A stretch of DNA of 62,604 bases, the filler included, from Globobulimina sp. (Eukaryota): the NCBI GenBank assembly GCA_003354225.1. It is 20 parts of 20 records of this genome, joined end to end, with 100 filler letters (N's around TTAATTAATTAA, not from the genome) between each part and the next. Parts side by side here need not be neighbours in the genome. Positions count along the whole stretch, not along the records: positions 59,572 to 62,604 come from PIVH01003948.1; 19 more parts are not named here. One strand, 5' to 3'. Of this stretch, positions 59,756 to 62,604 are shown piece by piece. The translations under genes and the position numbers were made by a program. How positions within the stretch are numbered: the stretch's first letter is position 1; each line of letters starts with the position of its first letter. A model generated the notes under the pieces. The model saw only the letters and a list, made by a program, of their open reading frames with translations, was not told the DNA's origin and ran no database searches.

Positions 59756-60985
59756 ATGAACACACCAAAAGTTCAGAAACAAGCAATTCTCCGAAGGATT
59801 GATGACACCCAAATTATCGAAGATTTGTTACCTTTTTTCAAAACAATTATAAAAGTATCCGTGGATACTTTACAAGAAAATGAAATCAAAACCTTGTATT
59901 ATGAGACTATATCCATCACAGAAACCTTACATGAACATGTTATCGGAAATATTTTATCCTTTTGTTATCCGCACCATAACGTCAGACTTGTTTGTCACTT
60001 ATTTGATGATTTAATATCTCAATATTTGCGGAGATGCGAGAAAGAGCGACGTTTAGCAGTTGAGCTGGAGCGTGAACTATCTTTATCAAACATAAAATTT
60101 GATGAGACCAACAATACGATTTGGATTGTTGATATAAGCAGAGATACATTATCTGCTCAAGAAGCAGAATTAGGTTATCGTGGTCCATGTGATTTGAAAT
60201 CTGCTATTAATAATTGTGAATTTGGCGATATAATTTTTATTCATAACGAGATAAATCTTATTGAATGTGATGACCGTGAAGTAGCAATGGATAATCCTGA
60301 CATGGCTCCAATAAATATTAACAAATCGATTCAGATAATTGGTATCGGTGATAATGTGCAATTAACAGATAACAATGGACAGCTCTCTGTTATCAGCATT
60401 GGGTCAGACCAGCAATGTACTGTTTATTTTGAAAATATTCAATTTTATCATGGTGGATGGGATCAAGGGAGCTGTGAAGGTTTCATTAATGTTAAACCTA
60501 ACTCGACAGTGTGCGCTAAAAATTGTCGATTTGAACCTGCTCACTCTGCCATAACTGTAGAGAGTTATGGTACATTATGGGTTAAAAATTGTAGTTTTAT
60601 TGGTGGCGGTATCATGTTGTCGCCGATAGCGCGATTTGTAGATATTTTGGGGTGTTATTTTATAGAATGTGGACATGCAAGTGAAGATTTTCAAAGAGAT
60701 GGAGAGTTGTCATGTATTGAAATTTGCATCATGGAAGAGCACGAGGATGAGTCAGATGAAAATACATTTGTGACTTTGAAGTGTGTTGGTAATAAATTCG
60801 AATTCAACAATGGTTATCCAATTGCTGTGCAATCGGGATTAGACGCGGACTGTGTTGATGTCTGTATGGCTCAAGCAACACTAAAATGCAATGTATTGCA
60901 TGGATACATCGGTAAATGTTTACAAAGGAACATTCAGATTACATCAGCAAACGAAATGTATGTCAATGATGAAGCTACCGGATAA
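59756..60985 (+). CDS. Right-handed beta-helix (pectin-lyase-like/CASH) protein with a possible F-box-like N-terminus
   Basis: LHEHVIGNILSF...VRLVCHLF is F-box-like. LKSAINNCEFGDIIFI, ININKSIQIIGIG and repeated xxNCxF strands follow. Confidence 0.6.
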   Translation: MNTPKVQKQAILRRIDDTQIIEDLLPFFKTIIKVSVDTLQENEIKTLYYETISITETLHEHVIGNILSFCYPHHNVRLVCHLFDDLISQYLRRCEKERRLAVELERELSLSNIKFDETNNTIWIVDISRDTLSAQEAELGYRGPCDLKSAINNCEFGDIIFIHNEINLIECDDREVAMDNPDMAPININKSIQIIGIGDNVQLTDNNGQLSVISIGSDQQCTVYFENIQFYHGGWDQGSCEGFINVKPNSTVCAKNCRFEPAHSAITVESYGTLWVKNCSFIGGGIMLSPIARFVDILGCYFIECGHASEDFQRDGELSCIEICIMEEHEDESDENTFVTLKCVGNKFEFNNGYPIAVQSGLDADCVDVCMAQATLKCNVLHGYIGKCLQRNIQITSANEMYVNDEATG

Positions 60986-61111
60986 TAATAATTGATTAAT
61001 TTGCCTTTGTTAATTGTATAATTTGTATTTGTTTTCTTGATAAAGTTGTTGTTCGTTCATCAATTCAATTCACCACTGAAAACTCAGAAATTAATATATC
61101 TTTACAATACA

Positions 61112-62466
61112 ATGTCACAATCAAGAATGAAGCAGCAATTAAGTGAGCAATACTATGAGTTCTTGATAGTTGGCTTTATTCGAGAATTGCAAGAATGCAA
61201 TAGGTTGATGTATGATATACCATTGGACATATCGCTACTAATTATAATGTTTTATCCGGCAAAATTACAGTTTTATGCGATTGGTGAGAATAGGAACAAT
61301 GTATTTGGAACAAATATTGGAAGTGCAGCGGCAGCCGACCTCAGTGTTTGGACCAAATTACAAGATCTAAGCGATAAATGTCTGGATCTATCGTCAATAT
61401 ATATAAATTACGCACGGATAATATGCAAATCACACAATAATACTATATTTCTCACTGGAAAAGATTTTGTCTCAGAGCCAAGCACCCCATTAAAATGTAT
61501 GACCAATATTACAGAATTTATATCAAATGAGAATGATAATTGTATGGAAGTGATAAGCACAGGGCTCTGGAATGAACATTGTATTTTTATGTCAAGTAAA
61601 CGTAATTTTGCTTTATTTGGAGATAACAGATACAACTCCTATGCCTCCGTAAATATATCGATTAATAAATCAATAATTGTCACAAAAATTGTTAATGGCA
61701 CAGAACATACATTATTCCTATGCAAAGATGGCAGTATTTTAAGGTATGCTCGTTTATGATGTCCAATTAATTGCACTTTATGTTGTAATAAATTTAAATT
61801 GTTTTAAGTTACGGCAAAAATAGTGTGGGGCAATGCGGCCATACAACAAGTTCCAATGCACCACATAACACAGTTAGCACTCCAACACAAATCAAATGGA
61901 ATAATGAAGATAAACAGCACGTAGTTATAACTGATATTGCCGTTGGAGATAAACATAATTTATGCATCACAGAAAAGGGAAATTTATATGTATTTGGCTG
62001 GAATGAATACGGTCAATGCGGAATGAGCAGAGGCGAAGTAAGAAAGTATGACACACCAACATTAAATAACTGGTTGAGTAACAAACTAAATTGTAAAAAA
62101 GTTGTGTGTGGTGCTTGGCATTCTGTCGTCATTGGTATGCATGGTATTTGTTATGTATTTGGTCATAACGGAGATGGACAATGCGGCAATGGTTTGGATG
62201 ATATCATTGTTGATTTTGGAAAGAGCGGACGGAAAAAGATTAAACTTGACAAAGCAGATTCCAACCGTAATACTGCTGACAGTAAATATAACAGGATTTT
62301 CGAGGCATCTATTCCTCGGAGTGAAATCTGCCCCAATGGCCATGGCATGGTTGAATTCCTTGTGATGTTATACGCCGAGGATAATCTGGTAGAAAAATGG
62401 CCAATTGATGAGCCTATTAGATTAGAATTTCCTGAAAGAGATAAGGAAATCTTTTGGCAGGTTTAA
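61112..62466 (+). CDS. RCC1-repeat protein, 2 exons
   Basis: Intron 61744..61808 joins the ORFs. Repeats: NGTEHTLFL, YGKNSVGQCG, DIAVGDKHNLC, VFGWNEYGQCG, VCGAWHS and VFGHNGDGQCG. Confidence 0.82.
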
Positions 62467-62604
62467 AGGAGTGAAAATGGAAGATTCATTCTTTAATAAA
62501 GATGAAGAACAAAGTACTGAAATTCCCCGCCTAAATGATTTCGGGAACGAGCAGGGAGTCGGAGCACAGCAAGATAAGGATAGAGCCCTGACTGCCGGCA
62601 GATT

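Overview
This window is not one locus. It is 20 unrelated ~3.03-kb contigs, sorted by decreasing length (3037 to 3033 bp) and joined by artificial 100-bp linkers (N44-TTAATTAATTAA-N44), so adjacency across a linker means nothing. The DNA is AT-rich, gene-dense and eukaryotic: standard code and short GT-AG introns (mostly ~47-80 nt), many of which rejoin neighbouring ORFs in frame. The gene families (SPRY, ART-like, HSPA12-like, 7TM-RGS, Cys-rich surface proteins) suggest a protist, probably a foraminiferan/rhizarian; that is inference only. Recognisable genes include Furry/Tao3-like, ADP/ATP carrier, a second mitochondrial carrier, Rab1-like, UBR-box E3, katanin p80, Rad5/16-like helicase, DHRS7-like SDR, steroid 5-alpha reductase, SLC10A7-like, MFS and RCC1. 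Top leads: (1) a ~2.95-kb two-gene element bounded by inverted repeats that encodes an intact, intron-containing Crypton-like tyrosine recombinase; (2) an intronless microbial-type class I terpene synthase head-to-head with a 7TM-RGS gene, 99 bp apart; (3) a tRNA-shaped RNA gene with a ~160-nt structured insertion in the anticodon loop, with a related 5' half on another contig. All family calls come from reading motifs by eye; no database search was run.
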